Of a stretch of DNA of 41,388 nt, positions 33,030 to 41,100 are shown piece after piece; position 1 is the first letter of the stretch; each line of letters begins with the position of its first letter. This DNA is from Gaiellaceae bacterium (GTDB lineage Bacteria; Actinomycetota; Thermoleophilia; Gaiellales; Gaiellaceae). Made by a program: the position numbers and the translations under genes. The stretch lies in assembly GCA_035943915.1 (NCBI GenBank), contig DASZBP010000360.1, positions 1 through 41,388 on the forward strand. Direction: 5' to 3'. A model generated the notes under the pieces. It saw nothing but the letters and a program-made list of their open reading frames with translations, searched no databases and was not told where the DNA came from.

Positions 33030-33680
33030 ATGGGGACGGCGCGGTACGACGGGCTCGCAGACGAGTACGCGGCATTCCTCGAGACGAACGCGCCGTACTA
33101 CGAGCTTGCCGCGAAGCTCCTGCGGGAGCTGCTCGAAGCCGGATCGGGTCGCTGCATCGACCTGGGCTGCGGTACCGGCCGCTTCATCGGCGTCGCAGCT
33201 GATCTTGGCTGGGACGTCACCGGCGTCGACCTCTCCGCCGACCAGTTGCGCCTCGCCTCGGGCCCGGAGCTGATCCAGGCCGATGCGACGGCAGTCCCGC
33301 TGCCGGATGCATCGTTCGACGCCGGCTACTCCACGTTCACGCATACGGACATCGACGACTTCGCGGGCCTCGTCGCGGAGGCACGGCGCCTGATTCGCCC
33401 GGGTGGGCGCTTCGTCTACATCGGCAACCATCCGTGCTTCGTCGGCCCGGTCCAGGCGCCGCCCGTGCTCCATCCCGGCTACCGCCGCGGCGGGCGCTGG
33501 GACGCCGCTTCCGCGCCGGGCTCGACGGCGGGAGGTTGGCGAATGCGTCTCGGGTCGTACGTCCACGTCCCGCTCGGTGAGATCCTCGAGGCGTTCGCCG
33601 GCATGAGGCTCGTGCGCGCCGTCGAGCCGGACGACGGGCGCGAGTACCCGTCGATGATCGCGCTCGCATTCGACCGCTAG
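33030..33680 (+). CDS. Class I SAM-dependent methyltransferase
   Basis: CIDLGCGTGRF motif I and LIRPGGRFVY. Confidence 0.8.
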   Translation: MGTARYDGLADEYAAFLETNAPYYELAAKLLRELLEAGSGRCIDLGCGTGRFIGVAADLGWDVTGVDLSADQLRLASGPELIQADATAVPLPDASFDAGYSTFTHTDIDDFAGLVAEARRLIRPGGRFVYIGNHPCFVGPVQAPPVLHPGYRRGGRWDAASAPGSTAGGWRMRLGSYVHVPLGEILEAFAGMRLVRAVEPDDGREYPSMIALAFDR

Positions 33681-34396
33681 TCGAAGACGCGCGTCCCGAA
33701 CGGCATCAGCGCGACGCGGGTCGCAAGCGAGAGGATCCGCACGGTGTCGGCGACGGCCGGCGACAACGGCACGCGCGAGAAGAGAACGACCGCGAAGAAG
33801 TCGCCGGTGAAGAGCACGCCGCCGAAGCCGAGAGCCGACCGCACGCCGTACCGCTCGACGAAGCCCTGCGCCGGCACGTAGCTGCTGCCTTGCGCGTCCG
33901 CGACGTGGAAGACGTCGTACGTCCGCTGCGCGAGCTCGACGATGCGCTTGCGATCCGGCGACGGCTGCACGACGTCCTCGATGCTCAGTCCGAGCTGCTC
34001 GATCAGCCCCGCCACCATCGGCAGCCGCTGCACGAACTCGGAGCTCGGCAGCGGGATCGCCTTGTGCCCCTCCGACTGCCGCCGGTCGTTCCAGGCAGGC
34101 TCGACGCCGCGCGTGGCGAGCAGAGAAAGGCAGCGCGTGTCCGGTGGCGGGTCGGCGTCGAGCAGGTCGCGCGCGAAGGCCTGCAGGTCATCCGGCAGCC
34201 GCTTGAACCTGTGGGTCTTGTAGACGCGCAGCAGCGCGCACGCCGGTTCGCCTTCCGCGTCGCGCAGCTGGTCCCACAGCAGGTCGGCGACGAGGTTCGC
34301 CGCGTGCTCCATGCTGCGCGCGGAGTTCGCGAAGCCGCGGATCGCGTCGCCGAGGTCGGGTAGGTCGTCAGCAGAGAAGCTCTCGAGGTCGGCCAT
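33677..34396 (-). CDS. Conserved-looking hypothetical protein (239 aa), no recognisable domain
   Basis: Clean ORF with GC-rich third positions. ATG 34396 is preceded by TAGCAT. Its stop shares a CTAG tetranucleotide with the convergent methyltransferase stop. Confidence 0.6.
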   Translation of the reverse strand: MADLESFSADDLPDLGDAIRGFANSARSMEHAANLVADLLWDQLRDAEGEPACALLRVYKTHRFKRLPDDLQAFARDLLDADPPPDTRCLSLLATRGVEPAWNDRRQSEGHKAIPLPSSEFVQRLPMVAGLIEQLGLSIEDVVQPSPDRKRIVELAQRTYDVFHVADAQGSSYVPAQGFVERYGVRSALGFGGVLFTGDFFAVVLFSRVPLSPAVADTVRILSLATRVALMPFGTRVFD

Positions 34397-34402
34397 GGCG
34401 GC

Positions 34403-34408
34403 ATGCTA
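34403..34408 (-). promoter_or_regulatory. Candidate -10 hexamer TAGCAT (minus strand), 6 nt upstream of ATG 34396
   Basis: TANNNT match. Only 17 nt separate the divergent start codons. Confidence 0.35.
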
Positions 34409-34413
34409 CGCAG

Positions 34414-36603
34414 ATGAGCGTCGACGTCCTGCGCTGGGAGAACCTGCTCGCCGGCGAGGAGCTCGCCTACCTGGGGACGGAGCCGGAACGCGACGCGCGC
34501 TTCGCGCCGCTGCCGGACGGGCTCGCCGTCGATCTGGGCGTCGAACGGCTCTACGCGCACCAGCGCGCAGCATGGGACGCAGTGGAGCGCGGCGAGAACG
34601 TCATCGTCACGACCGGCACCGCGTCGGGCAAGACACTCGCCTTCAACCTCCCGGTGCTCGACACGATCGCGCGCGATGCAAAGACGCGCGCGCTCTACCT
34701 CTATCCGACCAAGGCGCTCGCCCAGGATCAGTTCCGCACGCTTGCCGGGTACCGCGTGCCGAAGCTTCTGCCGGCGATCTACGACGGCGACACGCCGACC
34801 GAGCAGCGTCGGCAGATCCGGCGGACCGCGAACGTCATCCTCAGCAACCCCGACATGCTCCACATCGGCGTGCTGCTGAACCACGATCGCTGGGGCGACG
34901 TGCTCGCGAATCTCCGCTACGTCGTGATCGACGAGGCGCACGTGTACCGCGGTGTGTTCGGCTCGCACGTTGCGAACGTGCTGCGGCGGCTGAAGCGCAT
35001 CGCCGCGATCTACGGCGCGCACCCGCAGTTCATCCTGGCATCCGCGACGATCTCCAATCCCGGCGAGCTGGCGACGTCACTGCTCGGCGAGCGCTTCACG
35101 GTCATCGGCGACGACGCGGCGCCGCGCGCCGAGCGAACGGTCGTGCTCTGGAACCCGCCGCTGCTCGACGAGGAGCTTGGCCTTCGCGGCTCGGCGCTGG
35201 CAGAAGCCGCGAAGCTGCAGGCGCAGTTCGTGGAGCACGGCCTGCGAACCCTCACGTTCGCGAAGAGCCGTAAGGCGGCCGAGCTGATCCACCGCTTCAC
35301 CGCGGAGCGCCTCGGCGACGACCGCCACCTCTCTCCGTATCGCGCCGGGTACACCGCACAGCAACGGCGCGAGATCGAGCGGCGCCTCAAGGAAGGCGAC
35401 CTGCTCGGCGTCTCCGCAACGAATGCGCTCGAGCTCGGCATCGACATCGGCCTGCTCGACGCCGTGATCTCCGTCGGCTTTCCCGGAACTGTCGCATCGC
35501 TCCGCCAGCAGTGGGGCCGCGCCGGCCGCCGCGGCAGCGGCCTCGCCGTGCTCGTGGCGAGCGAGGACGCGCTCGACCAGTACTTCACGCGCGAGCCCGA
35601 GACGCTGCTCGGGCGAAGAGTCGAGGCGGCGATCCTCGACCACGCCAACCCGCGCGTGCTCTCCGGGCACGTGCGCGCCGCCGCATACGAAGCGCCGATC
35701 ACCGAGGACGACACGGACTTCTTCGCCGCAGCGCACAACGACCCGCTTCTGCGCGAGACGCCGGCGGGCGTCGTGTGGGCGGGCCGCGAGCACCCGGCGG
35801 CTCAGGTGCCGTTGCGCTCGACCGACGCCGACTCCTTCGCCGTCGTAGACGGCGCGAGCGGCGCACTGCTCGGGCTCGTCGAGCGCGCACGCGCATACGC
35901 GACCGTCCACGAAGGCGCGGTCTACCTGCACCTCGGCGAGTCGTACCTCGTCCGCGAGCTCGACCTCGTCGCGCTACGGGCCATCGTCGAGCCGTTCAAC
36001 GGCAACTGGTACACGCAGGTGAAGAAGGACACGATGACGCGCATCGTCGAAGCCGACCGTGTCGAGCGCCGCTGCGGCCTCGAGCTCAGCTTCGGCTCGA
36101 TCGAGGTGACCGAGCAAGTGGTCGCATACGAGCGGCGCACCATCTCGTCGCAGGAGCGCATCGAGCTGGTCGCGCTCGACCTGCCCGAGACGAGCTTCAC
36201 CACGGAAGCGGTCTGGTACGTGCCGGAGCCGCACCAGCTCGCGGAGCTCGACGAGATGCCGAAGCTGCTCGGGACGCTGCATGCCGCCGAGCACGCGATG
36301 ATCGCGATCCTGCCGCTGTGGGCGATGTGCGACCGCTGGGACATCGGCGGCCTCTCCACGAACATCCATCCGGAGACCGGCAGGCCGACGGTCTTCATCT
36401 ACGACGGCCATCCCGGCGGCGTCGGCATCGCGGAGCGCGGGTTCGAGGAGTTCGAGGGCTGGGTCGCCGACACGGCGGCCATGATCCGCGGCTGCCCCTG
36501 CAGCGACGGCTGTCCCTCTTGCGTGCAGAGCCCGAAATGCGGCAACCTCAACGACATGCTCGACAAGAAGGGCGCGCTCACGTTCCTCGAGCGGTTGCGG
36601 TGA
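34414..36603 (+). CDS. SF2 DEAH-box helicase with C-terminal DUF1998/MZB 4-Cys domain (MrfA/YprA/SftH class)
   Basis: 729 aa. Motif I TGTASGKTLAF, motif II VIDEAH, motif VI QQWGRAGRRG, C-terminal CPCSDGCPSCVQSPKCGN. Confidence 0.88.
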   Translation: MSVDVLRWENLLAGEELAYLGTEPERDARFAPLPDGLAVDLGVERLYAHQRAAWDAVERGENVIVTTGTASGKTLAFNLPVLDTIARDAKTRALYLYPTKALAQDQFRTLAGYRVPKLLPAIYDGDTPTEQRRQIRRTANVILSNPDMLHIGVLLNHDRWGDVLANLRYVVIDEAHVYRGVFGSHVANVLRRLKRIAAIYGAHPQFILASATISNPGELATSLLGERFTVIGDDAAPRAERTVVLWNPPLLDEELGLRGSALAEAAKLQAQFVEHGLRTLTFAKSRKAAELIHRFTAERLGDDRHLSPYRAGYTAQQRREIERRLKEGDLLGVSATNALELGIDIGLLDAVISVGFPGTVASLRQQWGRAGRRGSGLAVLVASEDALDQYFTREPETLLGRRVEAAILDHANPRVLSGHVRAAAYEAPITEDDTDFFAAAHNDPLLRETPAGVVWAGREHPAAQVPLRSTDADSFAVVDGASGALLGLVERARAYATVHEGAVYLHLGESYLVRELDLVALRAIVEPFNGNWYTQVKKDTMTRIVEADRVERRCGLELSFGSIEVTEQVVAYERRTISSQERIELVALDLPETSFTTEAVWYVPEPHQLAELDEMPKLLGTLHAAEHAMIAILPLWAMCDRWDIGGLSTNIHPETGRPTVFIYDGHPGGVGIAERGFEEFEGWVADTAAMIRGCPCSDGCPSCVQSPKCGNLNDMLDKKGALTFLERLR

Positions 36604-37076
36604 ACATCCGCCCGCTCGCGGAGGAGGAGCGCGACCAAGTCATTGCCTCGGGTCTCGGCCTGGCGCGGCTGCCGCGCGACGACGGCAGCTTCTACCTGGT
36701 CGCGTGGGACGGAGACGCACCCGCCGGGCACGCCCATCTCGCGCTGACCGACCCGCCCGAGGTGCAGGACGTCGAGGTGCTTCCCGAGCACCGCGGCCGA
36801 GGCATCGGCACCGCGCTGGTCGAAGCGGCCGGCCGCGAGGCGGCAGCGCGGGGCTTCGACCTCCTGACGATCACGGTCAGCACGGCCAAGCCGCAGGTCC
36901 AGGCGCTGTACGAGCGAGCCGGCTTCCGCGATGCTGGTGCTCCGCTCAAGCGCGTGACCGGGACCGTCCTCATCCGCACGGGCCCGCTCGAGGTCGACGA
37001 CACATTGCGGACGCTGTCGATTTCGCTGAATCCCGTTCGTCGTACGAGCGACACCGACCCACGGAGGGACACATGA
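36600..37076 (+). CDS. GNAT family N-acetyltransferase
   Basis: 158 aa. GTGA overlap with the helicase stop. VLPEHRGRGIGTALV acetyl-CoA loop. Confidence 0.78.
   Translation: MNIRPLAEEERDQVIASGLGLARLPRDDGSFYLVAWDGDAPAGHAHLALTDPPEVQDVEVLPEHRGRGIGTALVEAAGREAAARGFDLLTITVSTAKPQVQALYERAGFRDAGAPLKRVTGTVLIRTGPLEVDDTLRTLSISLNPVRRTSDTDPRRDT
37015..37041 (+). promoter_or_regulatory. Candidate ECF-type promoter TGTCGA-N17-CGTC upstream of the DGPF/sigma genes
   Basis: TGTCGA at 37015-37020 and CGTC at 37038-37041. RBS GGAGGG at 37063-37068 and ATG at 37073 follow at sensible distances. The motif lies in the 3' end of the GNAT gene. Confidence 0.4.
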
Positions 37077-37411
37077 AATACGCACTGCTCATCTACTCGA
37101 ACGCCGACTCGGAATGGGAGTCGCTGTCTGAAGCCGACCAGGCGGCGATCTACGACGAGTACCGCGTCGTCTCGGAGTCGCCCGGCGTCGTCGACGGTCT
37201 CCAGCTGCAGGCGGCGGAGACCGCAACGACCGTGCGCGTCCAGGACGGCAAGGCGCTGACGACGGACGGCCCGTTCGCGGAGACGAAAGAAGTCCTCGGC
37301 GGGTTCTTCGTGGTCGAGGCGGACAACATCGACACCGCGCTCGCGCTCGCGGAGCGGATCCCGGCTGCCCGCAACGGGTCGGTCGAGGTTCGCCCCGTCG
37401 TGGAGATGTGA
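37073..37411 (+). CDS. YCII-related / DGPF-domain protein
   Basis: 112 aa. Literal DGPFAETKE motif. ATGA overlap with the upstream stop. GGAGGG RBS. Confidence 0.85.
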   Translation: MKYALLIYSNADSEWESLSEADQAAIYDEYRVVSESPGVVDGLQLQAAETATTVRVQDGKALTTDGPFAETKEVLGGFFVVEADNIDTALALAERIPAARNGSVEVRPVVEM

Positions 37412-38577
37412 TCGAGGAAGTCTTCCGCGACGAGTGGGGCCGCGTCCTCGCGAACCTGATCGGCTTCCTCGGTGACTTCGACCTCGCCGAGGAAGCCGCA
37501 CAGGACGCGTTCGCGATCGCGGCCGCGCGCTGGCCGCGTGACGGCACGCCCGAGAACCCGGGCGCCTGGCTCACGACGACGGCGCGCAACCGCGCGATCG
37601 ACCGCCTGCGGCGGGAGCAGACGCTCGCGCGCAAGCGGCACCTGCTGGTGCCCGAGGAGACCCACGAGGAGGAAGTGGACGACACCGTCTTCACCGACGA
37701 GCGGCTCGAGCTGCTCTTCACCTGCTGCCATCCGGCGCTCGCGCTCGACGCCCAGGTGGCGCTGACGCTGCGCACGCTCGGCGGGCTCGCGACCGATCAG
37801 ATCGCGCGCGCGTTCCTCGTGCCCGAGCCGACGATGGCGCAGAGGCTGGTGCGCGCGAAGAAGAAGATCGCCGCTGCCGGCATCCCGTTCCGCGTTCCAC
37901 CGGCGCATCTCCTGCCCGACCGGCTCCGCGCGGTGCTCGCCGTCGTCTACCTCGTGTTCAACGAGGGGTACGGCGGTGACGGCGACCTGGCGGGCGAGGC
38001 GATCAAGATCGGCCGGGCGCTCGTCGACCTGATGCCGGACGAAGCCGAAGCGCACGGCCTGCTGGCGCTGATGCTCCTGCACGACGCGCGCCGCGATGCG
38101 CGCGTGCGTGACGGCGAGATCGTGCTGCTCGCCGAACAGGACCGCACGCTGTGGGACCACACGCGGATCGCCGAGGGGCGCGCGACACTCGACCGCGCTC
38201 TCGCTCTCGGCGGCCGCGGCCCGTACGTCGTGCAAGCCGCGATCGCGTCGCTGCACGTCGAGGAGGAGACCGACTGGCGCGAGATCGCCGCGCTCTACGT
38301 GCAGCTCTCGCGGCTGACCGGCTCGCCTGTGGTCGAGCTGAACCGCGCCGTTGCCGTCGCGGAAGCGGTCGGCCCCGAGACGGCGCTCGCCCTGCTCGAG
38401 CAGCTCGACCTGCCGAACTACCACTACGTCGAGTCGACGCGCGCCGAATTCCTGCGGCGCCTCGGCCGCGACGAGGAAGCGGCGGCGGCGTACCGGCGCG
38501 CGCTCGCAGGCGTGACTGCAGACCCCGAGCGTCGCTTCCTCGAGCGCCGCCTGCGAGAGTTGGAGGGTGCACGCTGA
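37408..38577 (+). CDS. ECF sigma factor with about 200-aa C-terminal helical-repeat extension (ECF42-type)
   Basis: 389 aa. Sigma-2 ([10 protein letters not shown]) and sigma-4 ([31 protein letters not shown]), then a long TPR-like tail. DGPF gene immediately upstream. GTGA overlap. Confidence 0.82.
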   Translation: MIEEVFRDEWGRVLANLIGFLGDFDLAEEAAQDAFAIAAARWPRDGTPENPGAWLTTTARNRAIDRLRREQTLARKRHLLVPEETHEEEVDDTVFTDERLELLFTCCHPALALDAQVALTLRTLGGLATDQIARAFLVPEPTMAQRLVRAKKKIAAAGIPFRVPPAHLLPDRLRAVLAVVYLVFNEGYGGDGDLAGEAIKIGRALVDLMPDEAEAHGLLALMLLHDARRDARVRDGEIVLLAEQDRTLWDHTRIAEGRATLDRALALGGRGPYVVQAAIASLHVEEETDWREIAALYVQLSRLTGSPVVELNRAVAVAEAVGPETALALLEQLDLPNYHYVESTRAEFLRRLGRDEEAAAAYRRALAGVTADPERRFLERRLRELEGAR

Positions 38578-39826
38578 GCGCATCCGCGCCTTTCAACGCG
38601 ACCTCGCCGGGCGTCTCGCCGACCGGCGCGAGCCGAGCCCGCTCGGCGAAGGGCTCTTCGTCGACGAGCTGCCGAGCGTCTACGACCTGAACTACCTGCT
38701 CGCCGACCGCGGCGACGCGGACGAGTTGCGGACGGAAGTGGAGCGGCTCATGGAGCGCTTCCACCACCGCAAGGCAGTCGCGTACCACGAGGTCGACCTC
38801 GGCTGGCCGCAGCAGGTCCATCTCGTGATGGAGCGCACCCGCAACGCGGACCGGCGGATCGACACCTCACACGTCCGGGCCGTGCCGTTCGACAGGATCG
38901 CACCCGCGCGGCTGCTCGACAGCGAGACGCCTGAGCTGAACGACGCCCAGCGACGGCTTCCGGAGGCGATCGACACGACCTGGCTCGCCGCCTTCGACGG
39001 CGACGCGCTCGCCGCGTGGTGCCACGTGCGAACGCGCGACGGGATCGCACAGATCGAGGACGTCAACACGCTCGAGCCGTTTCGTGGCCGGGGACACGGC
39101 CGCGCCGTCGTGCAGCACGCGATCGAGCACGCCGGCGACGGCGTCGTGTTCCTGGAGGCGCTCGAGGACGACTGGCCCCGTGAGCTCTACGCCAAAATCG
39201 GCTTCGACGCCGTCGACCGCAAGACGCACCACATCCGCGGGCAGCATCCGCTCGTGCCGCTCCGGATCCGCACGCCGCGGCTCGAGCTGCGGCTCCCGAC
39301 CGTCGCCGAGCTGCGCGAGCTCTACGACGTTGCCGAGGCCGGCATCCATGATCCGGACGTGATGGTGTTCGAGGTTCCATGGACCGACGATCTGAACGTG
39401 CCGGACTTCCTCGCGTATCACCGCGAGCAGCTCGAGCTGACAACGCGCGATGACCTCCACGTCAACTTCGTCGCGTTCCTCGACGGCCGTCCGATCGGCG
39501 TCCAGGGGATCAACACGCAGAGCGCCGGTCGCGTCGTCACCGGCTCATGGCTCGGCGCCGCGTGCCAGAGGCGGGGCTACGGGACGGAGATGCGCAGCGC
39601 GATCCTCAGCTTCGCATTCGACGTGCTCGGTGCAGACGTCGCCCAATCCGGCGCCTTCCTCGAGAACGCCTCGTCGCGCAACGTCTCCCGGAAGCTCGGT
39701 TACCGGGAGATCGGCTCGCATTTCGTCAGCCCCCGCGGGGAGCCGCTGGAGCACGTCGACCTCGAGTTGCGCCGCGAAGACTTCACGCCGCTCGTCGAGG
39801 CCGAGATCACGGGGTACCGCTGGTGA
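38567..39826 (+). CDS. Tandem GNAT acetyltransferase fusion (N-terminal GNAT + C-terminal RimJ/RimL-like GNAT)
   Basis: 419 aa. Two acetyl-CoA loops ([11 protein letters not shown] and [15 protein letters not shown]). GTG start overlaps the sigma gene by 11 nt. Confidence 0.75.
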   Translation: MHAERIRAFQRDLAGRLADRREPSPLGEGLFVDELPSVYDLNYLLADRGDADELRTEVERLMERFHHRKAVAYHEVDLGWPQQVHLVMERTRNADRRIDTSHVRAVPFDRIAPARLLDSETPELNDAQRRLPEAIDTTWLAAFDGDALAAWCHVRTRDGIAQIEDVNTLEPFRGRGHGRAVVQHAIEHAGDGVVFLEALEDDWPRELYAKIGFDAVDRKTHHIRGQHPLVPLRIRTPRLELRLPTVAELRELYDVAEAGIHDPDVMVFEVPWTDDLNVPDFLAYHREQLELTTRDDLHVNFVAFLDGRPIGVQGINTQSAGRVVTGSWLGAACQRRGYGTEMRSAILSFAFDVLGADVAQSGAFLENASSRNVSRKLGYREIGSHFVSPRGEPLEHVDLELRREDFTPLVEAEITGYRW

Positions 39827-40419
39827 ACTGGCGCGCGTTCGGCGAGACGTTCGTGACGCTGTTCGTCATCACCGACCCGATCGGGAATGCGCCGATCTTC
39901 GTCGCGATCACGCGCAAGCTCACGCCGCGCCAGCGGCAGTCGGCCGCGATCCGCGCCGTCGCGGCGGCGGGCGCGCTGATCATCGGCTTCGCCGTCTTCG
40001 GTGAGCTGATCCTGCGCTACCTGCACGTGTCGCTCGGCTCGCTGTCGATCGCGGGTGGCTTGCTCCTGATGCTCGTCGCGCTCGAGATGCTGCGCGGCGC
40101 GGACTTCCCGGGCGGTGATCCCGACCAGCCCGAGAACGTCGCGCTCGTGCCGCTCGCCACACCGCTCGTCGCCGGGCCCGGCGCGATCGCAACGTCCATC
40201 GTCCTCTGGCGCCAGCATCCCGGCGTCGAGGGCCACAGCGCCGTGCTGCTCGCGATCGTCCTCGCCGTCGGGTGCGTCGGGGTGGCGTTGCTCCTGGCAG
40301 AGCGCGTGACGCGCGCGACGAGCCCCGCCGTGCTCGCGTTCCTGACGCGCGTCTTCGGCCTGCTGCTCTCGGCCATCGCCGTACAGCTGGTCGTTGACGG
40401 CGTGAAGTCGCTCACGTAG
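39823..40419 (+). CDS. MarC family (UPF0056/NAAT) integral membrane protein
   Basis: 198 aa. FVITDPIGNAPIF and LATPLVAGPGAI motifs. GTGA overlap. Confidence 0.85.
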   Translation: MNWRAFGETFVTLFVITDPIGNAPIFVAITRKLTPRQRQSAAIRAVAAAGALIIGFAVFGELILRYLHVSLGSLSIAGGLLLMLVALEMLRGADFPGGDPDQPENVALVPLATPLVAGPGAIATSIVLWRQHPGVEGHSAVLLAIVLAVGCVGVALLLAERVTRATSPAVLAFLTRVFGLLLSAIAVQLVVDGVKSLT

Positions 40420-40521
40420 CTTCGCCCGTAGCCAACCCGGCCTAGGCTCGACGGAGCCGCGACCGGGGCGGAGGTGGCGGCTTCGCCGCCGCCGGAGCAG
40501 TTCCAGAAACAGGAGGGCAGG

Positions 40522-41100
40522 ATGAAGGTCGATCTGCCCCGCCCGCGGCACGGGGACCCATTGCGGACGACGGAGGAGCTGCGTGCGCTCGCTGCGGCCG
40601 TGCTCCAGGAGGACGTGGAGACGCTCGCGCGGTCGACGGCGTACCTGCGGAGGTCGTATCGCGTCGTGTTCGTCGGCTACGTCGCGATGCTCACGTTCGG
40701 GCTGCTCGCGGTGATCGCCGCGTTCTTCCGCAGCCTGACGGCGGCGACCACCGCGCAGTCGATCGCGGCATCCGCGCTCGCCGGCATGACGGTCGGCATC
40801 TTCGTCGCGTTCTTCGTGCAGCGGCCGTCCGCGGCCCTGGAGCGCAACGCGATCTTCATGCCGTGGGTCTCCGTCGTGCTCACCACGTTCTGGACGCGGC
40901 TGCTGTACCTCGACGATCCCGCGACGCTCGACGCGAAGCTCGGCAAGGCCGCCAAGGAGGCGTCCGACGAGCTGAGCATGATCGCGATGCGCTACGCGCA
41001 GATCGACAGCCGCGAGCTGTCGGTCGCGAAGGAGGCAGCGCACACGAAGCCGGTCACGAGATCTGCGCGAGCGCCTTCGACAGCGACTGACGCGTCTTGA
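40522..41100 (+). CDS. Hypothetical membrane protein (2-3 TM)
   Basis: ATG 40522 is preceded by AGGAGG at 40511-40516. The 40474 start would lack an RBS. Confidence 0.6.
   Translation: MKVDLPRPRHGDPLRTTEELRALAAAVLQEDVETLARSTAYLRRSYRVVFVGYVAMLTFGLLAVIAAFFRSLTAATTAQSIAASALAGMTVGIFVAFFVQRPSAALERNAIFMPWVSVVLTTFWTRLLYLDDPATLDAKLGKAAKEASDELSMIAMRYAQIDSRELSVAKEAAHTKPVTRSARAPSTATDAS

Noticed and set aside
34414-36603. DUF1998 helicase as a DISARM (DrmA-like) or other defence component.
   Set aside because: No DrmB, DrmC or methylase genes are nearby. The size and architecture (DEAH core plus a terminal 4-Cys module) match the housekeeping MrfA/YprA/SftH class.
40474-40521. Upstream start for the membrane protein, giving a 208-aa version.
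   Set aside because: It has no RBS, whereas ATG 40522 is preceded by AGGAGG at an ideal distance.
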